Positions 40,114 to 49,899 of a stretch of DNA of 64,000 nucleotides are shown piece by piece. The stretch covers positions 100,591 through 164,590 of the forward strand of contig CAWILU010000006.1 of the NCBI GenBank assembly GCA_963837055.1. Direction: 5' to 3'. The translations under genes were made by a program, and so were the position numbers. The stretch is from an uncultured Acidobacteriota bacterium. GTDB taxonomy: Bacteria; Actinomycetota; Acidimicrobiia; Spongiisociales; ZC4RG35. The notes beneath the pieces are model-generated. The model saw only the letters and a list, made by a program, of their open reading frames with translations, did not search any database and was not told where the DNA came from. The number at the start of each line of letters is the position of its first letter. Positions within the stretch are counted from its first letter, which is position 1.

Positions 40114-41732
40114 CCTCGGTCGCCCTGCTCGGTCTGTTGTTCCTGCTGGTGGTCGGAGGGGGCATCGCCCTCGTCGTGCGGGCGGTGCGCCGTCCTGGCA
40201 AGGAAGACGACATCGGCGGGCTCGACCTGATCCCGTACTTTCTCCTCGCCCTCGCTGTCGGCGCAACCGGGTTCTCCTTGGCGGCGCTGGCCCGAGCAAG
40301 TCTCACCCCCGATCGCCTGATCGGGCGGCCAACGGCCGAGATCGCAGGTGCTCTGGCCGGTCTGGTCGTGGCCGGTCCGATCGCCTTTCTCCTGTGGCGT
40401 CGCCAGGCTCGTCGCCGCCGGGCTTTCCCGGAGACACCTGGATGGCCGGTCTATTTGGCCATCGTCGAACTGGTCTTCCTCACCGCATTCTTCATCGCGG
40501 TCGGTCAACTCGCCGAGGTGCTGGGTGGGAGCGAAGACGCCTTCGATTGGACAGACCTGTTGGTCTACGGCGGGATCGTTGTCTTCCATTGGTGGGCGGA
40601 GAGAAAGGAGCGACCCGCGGGGGACATCGGCGAGCTGCCCAGACTGGTCGGCTCGGGCGTCGCCCTCGTCGCCCTGACCATCGGCCTGGTAGGCGTCCTC
40701 GACTGGTTGTTCTCGCTCGCCTATGACGGTCTCTGGGGTCTCGACGAAGTCCCGTCCCCCGAACTTCCCCTCGCTCTGACCGTCGTCGCCGCCCCGGTAT
40801 GGGCGTGGCGATGGCTCCCTGCCTGGGAAGAGGAAACCACCCTTCTCCGCAATTTCTACATCGGATTCGTGGCCGCACTCACCTTGACGATGGCCATCGG
40901 AGCCGGGGTCACGATGATCGCCACCCTGCTCACCTCCCTCCTGGGCCAGGCAGGCGGCGCCACCGAGCATTTCCGCAATTATCCGATCGCCCTTGCACTG
41001 CTCATCGTCGGCGGTGCCTTGTGGTGGCATCACCGTGGACGGATGGGCGAGGGGCGGGCCGGCGGTCGGAGAGGCTATGAATACGCAATGGCCGCCACGG
41101 GTCTGGCGGTCTTGGTGGGATCCGCCACGGCCCTGGTCGATACCGTCTTCACCCCGGCACTGGCCGGAACCAACAGCGGAGCCCCGCTGATCGCATTGGG
41201 TTGCACCGTGATCGCCTCCGGCTGGGTTTGGCTCACCTTCTGGCGCAAAGCCCAGGCCGCACCGCGGGAGCAAGAGACGAGGACCGTGCCCCGGCGCTTC
41301 TATCTCATCGGGATGGCGATCATCCTGGGCCTGACTGCAGCCGGCGCCTTGATCGCGGTGCTCGTGGTCGTGTTCCGGGCTTTGCTCGGGGAGGTCGAAG
41401 CAGGATCCGACAATCTCCGCGTGCCTGTCACGCTCACTCTGACGTCCGGGCTGGCCACCTGGCATCTCTTCAACCAGATTCGGGTCGACAGTGCGATGCT
41501 GAAACGGTCCGGCGTCAAGCCTTTCTCCGTGACGGTGGTGTGCTCACACCCGGGCATCCTCTCGACCATGTTCCCGAAGGAGGCGACGGTACGGGTCTTG
41601 TACCGAGGCGATGATGCGGGCGTCATCAATGACGAGATGGCATCCGCGATCATCACCGCAGTTGGTGGGGTCTCGTCGCTGGTCTGGGTCGACGAAAGCG
41701 GTTTCCGGGTAGCGGCTGCGAGAGACTCTTGA
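40110..41732 (+). CDS. Multi-pass membrane protein (DUF5671-like repeats)
   Basis: About 15 hydrophobic segments with repeated W.WHW/W.W..L motifs and R.FYL motifs. Confidence 0.65.
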   Translation: MTSVALLGLLFLLVVGGGIALVVRAVRRPGKEDDIGGLDLIPYFLLALAVGATGFSLAALARASLTPDRLIGRPTAEIAGALAGLVVAGPIAFLLWRRQARRRRAFPETPGWPVYLAIVELVFLTAFFIAVGQLAEVLGGSEDAFDWTDLLVYGGIVVFHWWAERKERPAGDIGELPRLVGSGVALVALTIGLVGVLDWLFSLAYDGLWGLDEVPSPELPLALTVVAAPVWAWRWLPAWEEETTLLRNFYIGFVAALTLTMAIGAGVTMIATLLTSLLGQAGGATEHFRNYPIALALLIVGGALWWHHRGRMGEGRAGGRRGYEYAMAATGLAVLVGSATALVDTVFTPALAGTNSGAPLIALGCTVIASGWVWLTFWRKAQAAPREQETRTVPRRFYLIGMAIILGLTAAGALIAVLVVVFRALLGEVEAGSDNLRVPVTLTLTSGLATWHLFNQIRVDSAMLKRSGVKPFSVTVVCSHPGILSTMFPKEATVRVLYRGDDAGVINDEMASAIITAVGGVSSLVWVDESGFRVAAARDS

Positions 41733-41748
41733 TCGTCCCGCAAGCGGC

Positions 41749-42324
41749 TTGTCCCCGATGACATGGTTCGCCGAGAGGTGGCTCAAATCGCGGGGATGGA
41801 GATATTCCGGCCAGGTCCCCGACCTGGACAAGATGATCATCGTCGGGGCTCCCCACACCAGTAATTGGGACTTCGTCGTCTATCTCGGGGCAATCAGTCA
41901 CTGGCAGATCTCTCCGAGGTTCGTGGGCAAGCACACCCTCTTTCGGTGGCCGTTCGGCTATTTCTTTCGCAGATTTGGCGGTATTCCGGTGGACCGCGAG
42001 CAACCAGGCGGAATGGTGGGCCAAGTGGCCGATGAGTTCGAGAAGTCGGATCAGATGATCCTGGTGGTCGCTCCGGAAGGGACGCGCAAGGAGGTGCCCT
42101 ATTGGAAATCGGGCTTTGCCCGGATCGCGGAGGCGGCGGGAGTGCCCATCGTCCCGGTCTACATCGATTTCCCGGCCAAGAACGTTGTGATGGGCGACCC
42201 GCTTCAGTACGACGGCGACGAGAAGCGCCTCATGGATCGTCTCCGCCTCTTCTACGCCGCCGGTGTGGGCAAGAACGGAGAGGGCAAGGGCCCGGTCAGA
42301 CTCAGGGAGGAACGCTCAGTCTGA
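41749..42324 (+). CDS. 1-acyl-sn-glycerol-3-phosphate acyltransferase family
   Basis: HTSNWD (HxxxxD), PEGTRK and WKSGF. Confidence 0.9.
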   Translation: MSPMTWFAERWLKSRGWRYSGQVPDLDKMIIVGAPHTSNWDFVVYLGAISHWQISPRFVGKHTLFRWPFGYFFRRFGGIPVDREQPGGMVGQVADEFEKSDQMILVVAPEGTRKEVPYWKSGFARIAEAAGVPIVPVYIDFPAKNVVMGDPLQYDGDEKRLMDRLRLFYAAGVGKNGEGKGPVRLREERSV

Positions 42325-43546
42325 GTGCTCGGCGAGGTGCCGGAACTCCTCGGGGGTGACGCCCCGGTCGGGGGCGGACCCAAATTTCAACAGGTCCCTA
42401 CCGAATCGCTCCCTGATCCCGTCCACCGAGGCATCGAGGGCCCTCCGCTTCAAGTCGATGAGACTGCCGGCGCGAAGGACATCACCTGGGTCTACCTCCA
42501 ACTCGAGTTGGAGATAGTCGTTGGTGGTGAGATTGGACAACGACATGCCGACCAGGGTCACCGGCTCCACCTCGCCGTCGATGGCGCGTCGGAGCAGAAC
42601 ACCGCCCAGCTCAGCCAGGGCGGCTGTAGAAGAAGTTGGCGAAGGGAGGGTGTGACTCCGGGAGACGATGCGGGGCCCGGGGAATCTGACCCGAAGGGAG
42701 AGGGTCGAGCCCGATCTTTCCTTCTTTCGTGCTCGTCGCCCGATCCGATCGGCCAACCCCAGCACCACCACAGCCAGCTCGTCGGAGTCGGTCAGCCCAC
42801 GGCCCAATGCCTGTTGGCTGCCGACACTGCCGGCCCGCCGCCCGCCGCGCACGACCCTCGGGTCGCGGTTCCAAGCGAGGGAGTGGAGCGCGGTCGGAAG
42901 CCCCCGAGCCGAGTGATGCCGACAGGGCCCGGGCGGGAACGGCGGCGAGATCGCCGATGGTGCAGATCCCAAAGCGGTGGAGGTGTGCGGCCGTCACCCG
43001 ACCAACTCCCCACATCGCCTCCACGGGCAGTGGATGCAGAAAATCGAGCTCGGTGCCGACCGCAACCACAACCAGCCCTCTGGGCTTGGCCCGAGCCGAT
43101 GCGATCTTGGCCAGGAATTTGGTGGAGGCGACGCCCACCGAGATCGGCAATCCAACCTCGGTGGCGACCCGCGACCGGATCTGACGGGCGATCGCTGAAG
43201 GGGTGCCCAGCAGGTGAGTGGAGCCCCTGACGTCGAGGAAAGCCTCGTCGATGGAGATCTGTTCGATGACCGGTGAGGCATCCTCGAGGACTGCCATGAC
43301 CTGGGACGAAAGGTCGAGATATCGCTCGAAATGCCCGTGGACCACGACGGCCTCCGGACAGAGCCGCTTGGCGTCCCGCGTGGGCATCGGGGCGTAGACG
43401 CCATAGGCCCTGGCCTCGTATGACGCGGCGAGCACGATCCCGCCACCGACCAGCACCGGCCGTCCCTTCAACGTGGGATCGAGAAGCTGCTCCACCGAGG
43501 CGAAGAACGCATCGAGATCGGCATGGAGGATGGTCGGCTCACCCAT
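42316..43546 (-). CDS. dinB: DNA polymerase IV (apparent +1 frameshift at about 42903)
   Basis: HADLDAFFASVE, SYEAR, SIDEAFLD and KFLAKIAS; the little-finger and C-terminal part is in the adjacent frame after a G5 run. Confidence 0.92.
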
Positions 43547-43579
43547 GAGCCGAGTCTGCCAAGAGTCTGTGACAGCTTC

Positions 43580-45082
43580 TTAGACCATCCGTTTCAGTGC
43601 CCCCCGGTCGACCTTGCCCAGATGGGTTTGGGGGAGACGGTCGACGAAGACGATGCGGCGAGGGTGCTTGTACGCCTCGAGATGGTCTAGCGCCCATTGG
43701 GTCAATTCCTCTTCGGTCACGTCTGACGCGACGACGAATGCCACCGGCCGGGCCAGCCCCGAATCATCGGTCACTGCCACCACCGCACACTCTCTCACCC
43801 CCGGGTGGTCGAGGAGCACTGATTCGAGCTCCTGCGGCCTGAACCATCTGCCCTTGACTTTGATCGCGTCATCGGCCCGGCCCCGATGGGTGACATAACC
43901 CGCATGATCGATCGATACCAGGTCGCCACCAGCGAACCACTCCCCCCGAAATGCCTCGGCCGTCGCCTCCGGATTCTCGAAATACCCCAGACCGAGCGAT
44001 TCGCCCTTCACCCAGAGCCGGCCTACCTCGCCGACCGGGACCTTTCTGCCGTCGTCGTCGCAGGCTTTGATCTCGAAACCCGGGACCACCTTCCCCAAAG
44101 TCCCGGGTCGTATCTCGCCGATCCGATTGGAGACGAAGATGTGCCACATCTCCGCCGTGCCCAACCCGTCGAGCAACTCGACTCCGAACCGCTCAGTCCA
44201 CTGGTGATAGAGCGTGTCCGGCAACGCCTCGCCGGCGGACGTGGCGACACGCAGAGAGGCCATGGTCCGGCGTGCCGAGTCGGGATGACCCAGCATCTGG
44301 CTGATGGCGGAAGGGACGTTGACCAACAAGGTCGCACCGTGCCTCTCGATTCGGTCGAACAGGGCGTCCGGCGTGGATGGGTCCTCGAACAGCACGGCCG
44401 AGGCACCGACCGAGAACGGGAAGAACAGATTCGACCCCATGGCGTACCCGAAATAGAGCTTCGGGACGGAAATGGTGATGTCTTCCTCCGTCAACTGGAG
44501 CGTCCCCGTCCCGTACAACTCGGTGGTGTTGGCGAAGGAGCGATGGGTCTGTACCACGGCCTTTGGAATGCCGGTGGTCCCGCCCGAGAAGATCCACAGG
44601 GCGGGATCGAGCGCGGCCGTGTCGAATGTCGGCACCTCGACGTCGGGCAGGGTCAGTTCATGGCCGGCGACGACCAGCGGCGGCACGGTCACGTCGTGAG
44701 CGGTGAGAGCGGATTCGAACGGCTCCCGATGCCGGACATGGACCACGGCCGCCGAGGCCCGGGCCAGTCGGCCGATCCCGGCCAGATCGGCGGGGGTCAG
44801 GCCCGGATTCAGTAGCAGCCCAACCGCTCCGATCCTGAGCAGGCCGAACAGGGCCGCGACGAACTCGGGCCCATCGGGCATGACGACGAGGACCCGGTCC
44901 TGGGACGCGACCCCTCTGTCGGCGAGAAGAGAGGCGAAGCCAGAGGCCGCCTTGTCGACCTCGGCGTAGGTGACGTCGCGGTCGTCGAGACGGATCGCCA
45001 CCCGATCCCCCCTCCCCTCGACGAGACGGCGGCGAAGCAAGTGCTCGTCGAGGTTCAAACGGTCCGGCCAGCGCTCGGTCAC
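43580..45082 (-). CDS. Benzoate/aminobenzoate-CoA ligase family enzyme
   Basis: FSGGTTGIPK, KLYFGYAMG, TSAGEALP, DGLGTAE, WHIFVSN and GRADDAIKV. Confidence 0.82.
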   Translation of the reverse strand: MTERWPDRLNLDEHLLRRRLVEGRGDRVAIRLDDRDVTYAEVDKAASGFASLLADRGVASQDRVLVVMPDGPEFVAALFGLLRIGAVGLLLNPGLTPADLAGIGRLARASAAVVHVRHREPFESALTAHDVTVPPLVVAGHELTLPDVEVPTFDTAALDPALWIFSGGTTGIPKAVVQTHRSFANTTELYGTGTLQLTEEDITISVPKLYFGYAMGSNLFFPFSVGASAVLFEDPSTPDALFDRIERHGATLLVNVPSAISQMLGHPDSARRTMASLRVATSAGEALPDTLYHQWTERFGVELLDGLGTAEMWHIFVSNRIGEIRPGTLGKVVPGFEIKACDDDGRKVPVGEVGRLWVKGESLGLGYFENPEATAEAFRGEWFAGGDLVSIDHAGYVTHRGRADDAIKVKGRWFRPQELESVLLDHPGVRECAVVAVTDDSGLARPVAFVVASDVTEEELTQWALDHLEAYKHPRRIVFVDRLPQTHLGKVDRGALKRMV

Positions 45083-45101
45083 TCGGCGAAGCTACCGCCC
45101 A

Positions 45102-45851
45102 TCAGCCGTTCTGCTGGGCCCGCGGATCGAAGAGGTAGGGCAACTCGAGCCGATGTTCCTTCATCAGCGTCTCATCGCCGAGGATCTCGAGGGTGGCGTC
45201 CCCCGCCACGATCTCGCCCTCATCCATGACGACGGCGCGGGGGCACAATTCGAGCGCGAAGGGAAGGTCGTGGGTCACCACGAGCTGGGTGATGGGAAGG
45301 GCACGCAACACATCGATGAGCTCGCGACGCGAGGCCGGGTCGAGATTCGAGGTCGGCTCGTCGAGGACCAGGATCTCGGGTCGCATCGCCAGGACGGTGG
45401 CGATGGCCACCCGGCGTCTCTCCCCGTAGCTGAGGTGATGGGGGGCCCGTTCCTGCGCATCGAGCATGGACACCGCCCCCAGTGCTTCGGCGACCCGCTC
45501 TTCGAGCTCATAGGCCTCGATGCCGAAGTTGGCCGGGCCGAAGGCTACGTCCTGCCCCACTGTTGGCATGAAGAGCTGGTCGTCGGGGTCCTGGAAAACC
45601 AGGCCCACCCGCCGCCTGACCTCGAGGGCCGAATCATCGGACACAAGGAGGCCCGCCACGCGCACCTCTCCGTCGGATGGCCGGAGGAGCCCGTTGAGAT
45701 GGAGGAGGAGAGTGGTCTTCCCGGCCCCGTTAGGTCCAAGAAGGGCAACCCGCTCGCCGTGGTGCACATGCAAATCGACCTTGCGGAGCGCTTGACGGCC
45801 GTCGGGATAGGCGAAGCTGAGATCGACGATCTCGAGAGACGGCTCGCTCAT
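45102..45851 (-). CDS. ECF transporter ATPase (CbiO/NikO)
   Basis: GPNGAGKTT, FQDPDDQLF, LSYGERRR and LDEPT. Confidence 0.9.
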   Translation of the reverse strand: MSEPSLEIVDLSFAYPDGRQALRKVDLHVHHGERVALLGPNGAGKTTLLLHLNGLLRPSDGEVRVAGLLVSDDSALEVRRRVGLVFQDPDDQLFMPTVGQDVAFGPANFGIEAYELEERVAEALGAVSMLDAQERAPHHLSYGERRRVAIATVLAMRPEILVLDEPTSNLDPASRRELIDVLRALPITQLVVTHDLPFALELCPRAVVMDEGEIVAGDATLEILGDETLMKEHRLELPYLFDPRAQQNG

Positions 45852-46594
45852 CGCAGCACCGTCACGGAGAGAAGGGCCAGAACGACGGCCACGAGGGGCA
45901 CCGAAAGCCCGATCCACCATTCGCCGGTGGTCGCCGGCCGGTCACCAAAGGTCGGCATCCTCCCGGTGAACCCCCTTGCCACCATCGCCTGGTGGACCCG
46001 TTCACCCCGCTCGAAAGATCGGATGAAAAGCGATCCGGCGGACTGGGCCAGCGGCCCGTTCTGCCACAACCAGCGGGGCTCGTATCCCCGGGCGGCCATG
46101 GCCACCCTTCGCCGGGAGAATTCGCCGGCGACGATGTCGAGGTAGCGCACCATGAATCCGGCGATGGCGGTGATTACCCGGGGCACCCTGATGCGGTCCA
46201 GCCCCCGGAGCATGTCGGGGATCGTCGTAGTCGCTGAGACGATGATCGATGCTCCAAGGCCGAGTGTTGCCTTGGCCAGGATGGTCCACGCCCCCCACAG
46301 GCCCTCGATCGACAGGGTGAGCCCAAGGACCTCGGTCGTCGCACCCTGTCCGAAGAAGGGGAGCATCAGGGCGAAGATCAGGATGGGGATCTCCACGATC
46401 ATCCGTCTGGCCACGAAGCCGGCCGGGAGCTCGGCGACGATCGTCACCCCGACGAGGAGGCACCCGGCCAGGAAGTAGGCCCAGAACGCCTCGCGGGGGA
46501 TCACCACCACGGCCAGGACGAAAATCAACAGAGCCACGACCTTCACCTGTGCCGGTAGCCGGTGGACGGGCGTGTTCCCGTGCCGATACAGCAC
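45848..46594 (-). CDS. ECF transporter T component (CbiQ/NikQ)
   Basis: HRLPAQVK, RYLD, LFIRSFERGERVHQAMVARGF; the start may extend about 24 nt upstream. Confidence 0.9.
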   Translation of the reverse strand: MLYRHGNTPVHRLPAQVKVVALLIFVLAVVVIPREAFWAYFLAGCLLVGVTIVAELPAGFVARRMIVEIPILIFALMLPFFGQGATTEVLGLTLSIEGLWGAWTILAKATLGLGASIIVSATTTIPDMLRGLDRIRVPRVITAIAGFMVRYLDIVAGEFSRRRVAMAARGYEPRWLWQNGPLAQSAGSLFIRSFERGERVHQAMVARGFTGRMPTFGDRPATTGEWWIGLSVPLVAVVLALLSVTVLR

Positions 46595-46614
46595 GTGGTC
46601 GTGATACGTGCCGC

Positions 46615-47604
46615 TCAGACCGGCGTCGCGCTCTTCCTTCTGATCACAACGAACGCGCCGACGATGGCCGCGCCCACACCGAAGGTGATCAGCACGCCAA
46701 TCAGGCCGGAGAGACGGGTTCCTGCCGCCTCGTCCTCGATTCCCGAGACTCCGTAGTCGGCCAATGGTGAGTCAGCCCAAGGGTGGTCCTCGGCCGAGTC
46801 GACGAAGCCCTGGTCGATGGCCACCCGCTCCAATCCATCGGGCTCACCAGAGGCCAGCGGCGCGACCACCAACACCAGCAGGGCGGCTACCGCCAGGCCG
46901 GCCGCCGCAAAGCCCCAGGCCCCGGCACGGACCGGCTTCTTCTCCTTGTCGAGGAGATCGAGCTCCCCCACGCCGACGATCAGTTCGGGTCGAGTCGCGG
47001 CCACCGCGCCCACGGTCGCCGCCGAGATGAGACCCTCACCGACACCGATCAGGAAATGGACACCGGCCATGGCCGCGAACACCGTCGACACGTCGACATT
47101 GCCCCGCCCCCCGATGGTGTACTCGACGACGAATGCGAGGGAAGAAGCGACCACCGAGGCCAATGCGGCGGTGAAGGTCGACACCAAAACAGTGGTCCAC
47201 GACCTCGGAAGGGTCTTCACCATCACCCGGAACACACCCCAGCCGACGAACCCGGTGACCAGGGCCATGTTGAGGATGTTGGCGCCCAGGGCCGAGACAC
47301 CGCCGTCGGCGATCACGAGGGCCTGGATGATCACCACGACACTCACCGCGGTGATACCCAGCCAGGGGCCGACCAGGATGACAGCCAGGGCCCCACCGAG
47401 GAGGTGTCCCGACGTCCCTGCCGCCACGGGGAAGTTGAGCATTTGGAGGGCGAAGATGAACGCGGCGACCAGACCAGTCAAAGCGATGCGGCTTTCCTGG
47501 AGATGGGCCCCTGCCCGTTTGATGGAGTATCCCAGACCCCCTGCGGCGACGACCGCGGTGCCCGCCGAGGTGGCGCCATTGAGAAATCCATCCGGGATGT
47601 GCAA
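46615..47604 (-). CDS. ECF S component NikM/CbiM fused to a PDGLE-type domain
   Basis: TTG start giving MHIPDGFL, GTSGHLLGG and EPDGLERVA. Confidence 0.9.
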   Translation of the reverse strand: MHIPDGFLNGATSAGTAVVAAGGLGYSIKRAGAHLQESRIALTGLVAAFIFALQMLNFPVAAGTSGHLLGGALAVILVGPWLGITAVSVVVIIQALVIADGGVSALGANILNMALVTGFVGWGVFRVMVKTLPRSWTTVLVSTFTAALASVVASSLAFVVEYTIGGRGNVDVSTVFAAMAGVHFLIGVGEGLISAATVGAVAATRPELIVGVGELDLLDKEKKPVRAGAWGFAAAGLAVAALLVLVVAPLASGEPDGLERVAIDQGFVDSAEDHPWADSPLADYGVSGIEDEAAGTRLSGLIGVLITFGVGAAIVGAFVVIRRKSATPV

Positions 47605-47652
47605 GACCTAGCCTCTCCTGCGACCTTGTCGCAACAAGGATAGCGGAGTGGA

Positions 47653-48096
47653 TCAGACGGTGTCGCCGGAGGCGCAGTCGGCGCAGAGACCGGAAAGGGC
47701 GAAGTGATTCAGATCGGCGACGAACCCCGTAGCCGTCGTGATCGAGCGGACCAGACGATCGGTCTCCACCTCGGGCAGGGTGACGGTCACTCCACATCGG
47801 CGACAGATCAGATGCTGATGACCGGCGTCTTCGGCCAGGTGATACACCGACGGTCCGTGACCCATGTGTGAATGGGCGAGGAGCCCGGAATCCTCGAGAG
47901 CTTCGAGGGTCCGATACACGGTGGACCGGTCGATACGAGTCTCGCTCTTGGCCCGCGCCCGGTCGTAGATGTCGGCGGCGCTGAGATGCTCATCGTGAGC
48001 CGCCGCCACGACCTCACATACGGCACGCCGTGCGTTGGTGATCCGATATCCCCGATCACTCAGGGCGTCGACCAACTTGTCCGCGGTGATGTGCAC
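47653..48096 (-). CDS. Fur-family regulator, Nur-like (nickel uptake regulator)
   Basis: TVYRTL, HSHMGHGPSVYHL, HQHLICRRC and DLNHFALSGLCADC. Confidence 0.85.
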   Translation of the reverse strand: MHITADKLVDALSDRGYRITNARRAVCEVVAAAHDEHLSAADIYDRARAKSETRIDRSTVYRTLEALEDSGLLAHSHMGHGPSVYHLAEDAGHQHLICRRCGVTVTLPEVETDRLVRSITTATGFVADLNHFALSGLCADCASGDTV

Positions 48097-48155
48097 CGGG
48101 ACAGGCTATGCGGGGCCGTGGATTGGCCAGTCGGTTGGGGGCTAGGTTGCCTCCA

Positions 48156-48965
48156 ATGCCGATCGCCCTGGTCACCGGCGCCAATTCCGGGATCGGCCGA
48201 GCCACCGCGATCGGGCTGGCCGATGGTGGTGCCCATGTGATCGCGGCCGGTCGCTCGGCGGAGCGCGCCCGTCCAGTCCTGGACGAGATAGCGGTGCGAG
48301 GGGGAACCGCAGAATTCCTCGAGCTCGATCTCGCTTCCATGACCTCGGTGCGGACGGCCACGCAGAGCCTCGCCGACACGGGCCGGGATCTCGACATCCT
48401 GATCAACAACGCAGGTATCGGGGTCAATCGCCGCGGACTCACCAAGGATGGGTTCGAAGCCCATTTCGGGATCAATCATCTAGGGCACTTTCTCCTGACT
48501 CGAGAGCTCCTCCCCCAGCTGAGACCAGGAAGCCGGGTGGTGTCGCTGACCAGTGCCATGCATTTCCGGGCCGGCGGCATCGATTTCTCCCGAGTGCATC
48601 GACCGACTGCTCTAACCGGACTGGCCGAATACGCGGTGTCGAAGCTGGCAAACGTCCTTTTCATCAGGGAATTGGCCCGCCGCAACCCCGAGCTACGCGC
48701 CTATGCCGTCCATCCCGGTCTGGTTCGGACCACGCTGATACCCGGTCCGATCCGGGCCTTCTCAGGCCCCAGCATGCTCACACCGGAACAGGGTGCAGAC
48801 ACGGTGCTTTGGTGCGCGCTCTCCCAGGACCTGGCATCAGAGAGCGGCTATTACTACCAACAACGATCCCGGCTTCCTCCTTCGGCCCGAGCCCAAGACG
48901 ACGACCTGGCCCGGGAGCTGTGGGATCGGTCGGACGAGTGGTGCGGATTGACAGGCGGGACATGA
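48156..48965 (+). CDS. SDR family oxidoreductase (retinol dehydrogenase/WWOX-like)
   Basis: TGANSGIG, LINNAG, INHLGHFLLT, YAVSK (YxxxK) and VHPG. Confidence 0.9.
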   Translation: MPIALVTGANSGIGRATAIGLADGGAHVIAAGRSAERARPVLDEIAVRGGTAEFLELDLASMTSVRTATQSLADTGRDLDILINNAGIGVNRRGLTKDGFEAHFGINHLGHFLLTRELLPQLRPGSRVVSLTSAMHFRAGGIDFSRVHRPTALTGLAEYAVSKLANVLFIRELARRNPELRAYAVHPGLVRTTLIPGPIRAFSGPSMLTPEQGADTVLWCALSQDLASESGYYYQQRSRLPPSARAQDDDLARELWDRSDEWCGLTGGT

Positions 48966-48987
48966 GTGATCGGCGGTATCGACGCTG

Positions 48988-49851
48988 ATGCATATCGACG
49001 TGAATGGGATCCGATTGTGGTTCGACTCGGAGGGGCCGGCGCTGGTGCCGGACGGGAGTGAGATGCGGCAGCGGCCGACCGTGCTGCTGGTCCATGGCGG
49101 CCCCGGCACATATGACCACACGTATTTCAAGCCGGACTTCAGCCGGCTCGCCGACCGTGCCCAGGTCGTTTACCTCGATCTCCGCGGGCACGGGCGGTCG
49201 GATTGGGGCGGCACAGACGCGTGGAGTTTCGAAGCATGCGCCGACGACATTCGCCAGTTCTGCGACGCGCTCGGAATCGCCGGGCCCATTGTCCTGGGGC
49301 ACTCGATGGGCGGACCGATCGTCCTCCTCTACGGCGCCCGGCACGCTGGTCATGCGGCTGGACTCGTGATTCAGTCAGGATTCTCACGGTGGGACGCCGC
49401 CCGGGTGGTCGAGGGGTTTCGATGGGTCGCGGGTGACGAGGTCGCAGAGATCGCGGGACGCTCTTACGCCGGCGAGTCGGTACCCGACGACGAGTGGGCA
49501 CTTGTCGCAGCCGCATTTGGCCCGCACGTCCCCGATGACGAGCGCAAGGCGCGTATGCCAAAGAACCTCGAACTCAATTCACGCGGCATGGACCTCGTCC
49601 GCCAACTCGACATCGTCGCTCAACTCCGCCGCATTCAATCTCCGACACTGGTTTCGGTCGGCGAGCTCGACCCGGTCACACCTGTCGCCGCGGCCGAAGA
49701 GATCGTCCGCGCTTTGCCCGAAGGCCTTGCGCAGCTCGAGATCTTCGAGGGCGCCGGCCACTTCACGTGGATGGACACTCCTGACCGATACTGGCCGACG
49801 ATCATCGATTTCATCGACAGGACGACAGAGCCTGGGGGCTCGGCGACGTGA
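48988..49851 (+). CDS. Alpha/beta hydrolase
   Basis: HGGPG, DLRGHGRS, GHSMGG (nucleophile Ser), GELD and GAGH. Confidence 0.88.
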   Translation: MHIDVNGIRLWFDSEGPALVPDGSEMRQRPTVLLVHGGPGTYDHTYFKPDFSRLADRAQVVYLDLRGHGRSDWGGTDAWSFEACADDIRQFCDALGIAGPIVLGHSMGGPIVLLYGARHAGHAAGLVIQSGFSRWDAARVVEGFRWVAGDEVAEIAGRSYAGESVPDDEWALVAAAFGPHVPDDERKARMPKNLELNSRGMDLVRQLDIVAQLRRIQSPTLVSVGELDPVTPVAAAEEIVRALPEGLAQLEIFEGAGHFTWMDTPDRYWPTIIDFIDRTTEPGGSAT

Positions 49852-49899
49852 GCTCTCGCAGGCGGTGGTGCGGGTAGAGAGACGGGTACCGTCCGGTTG

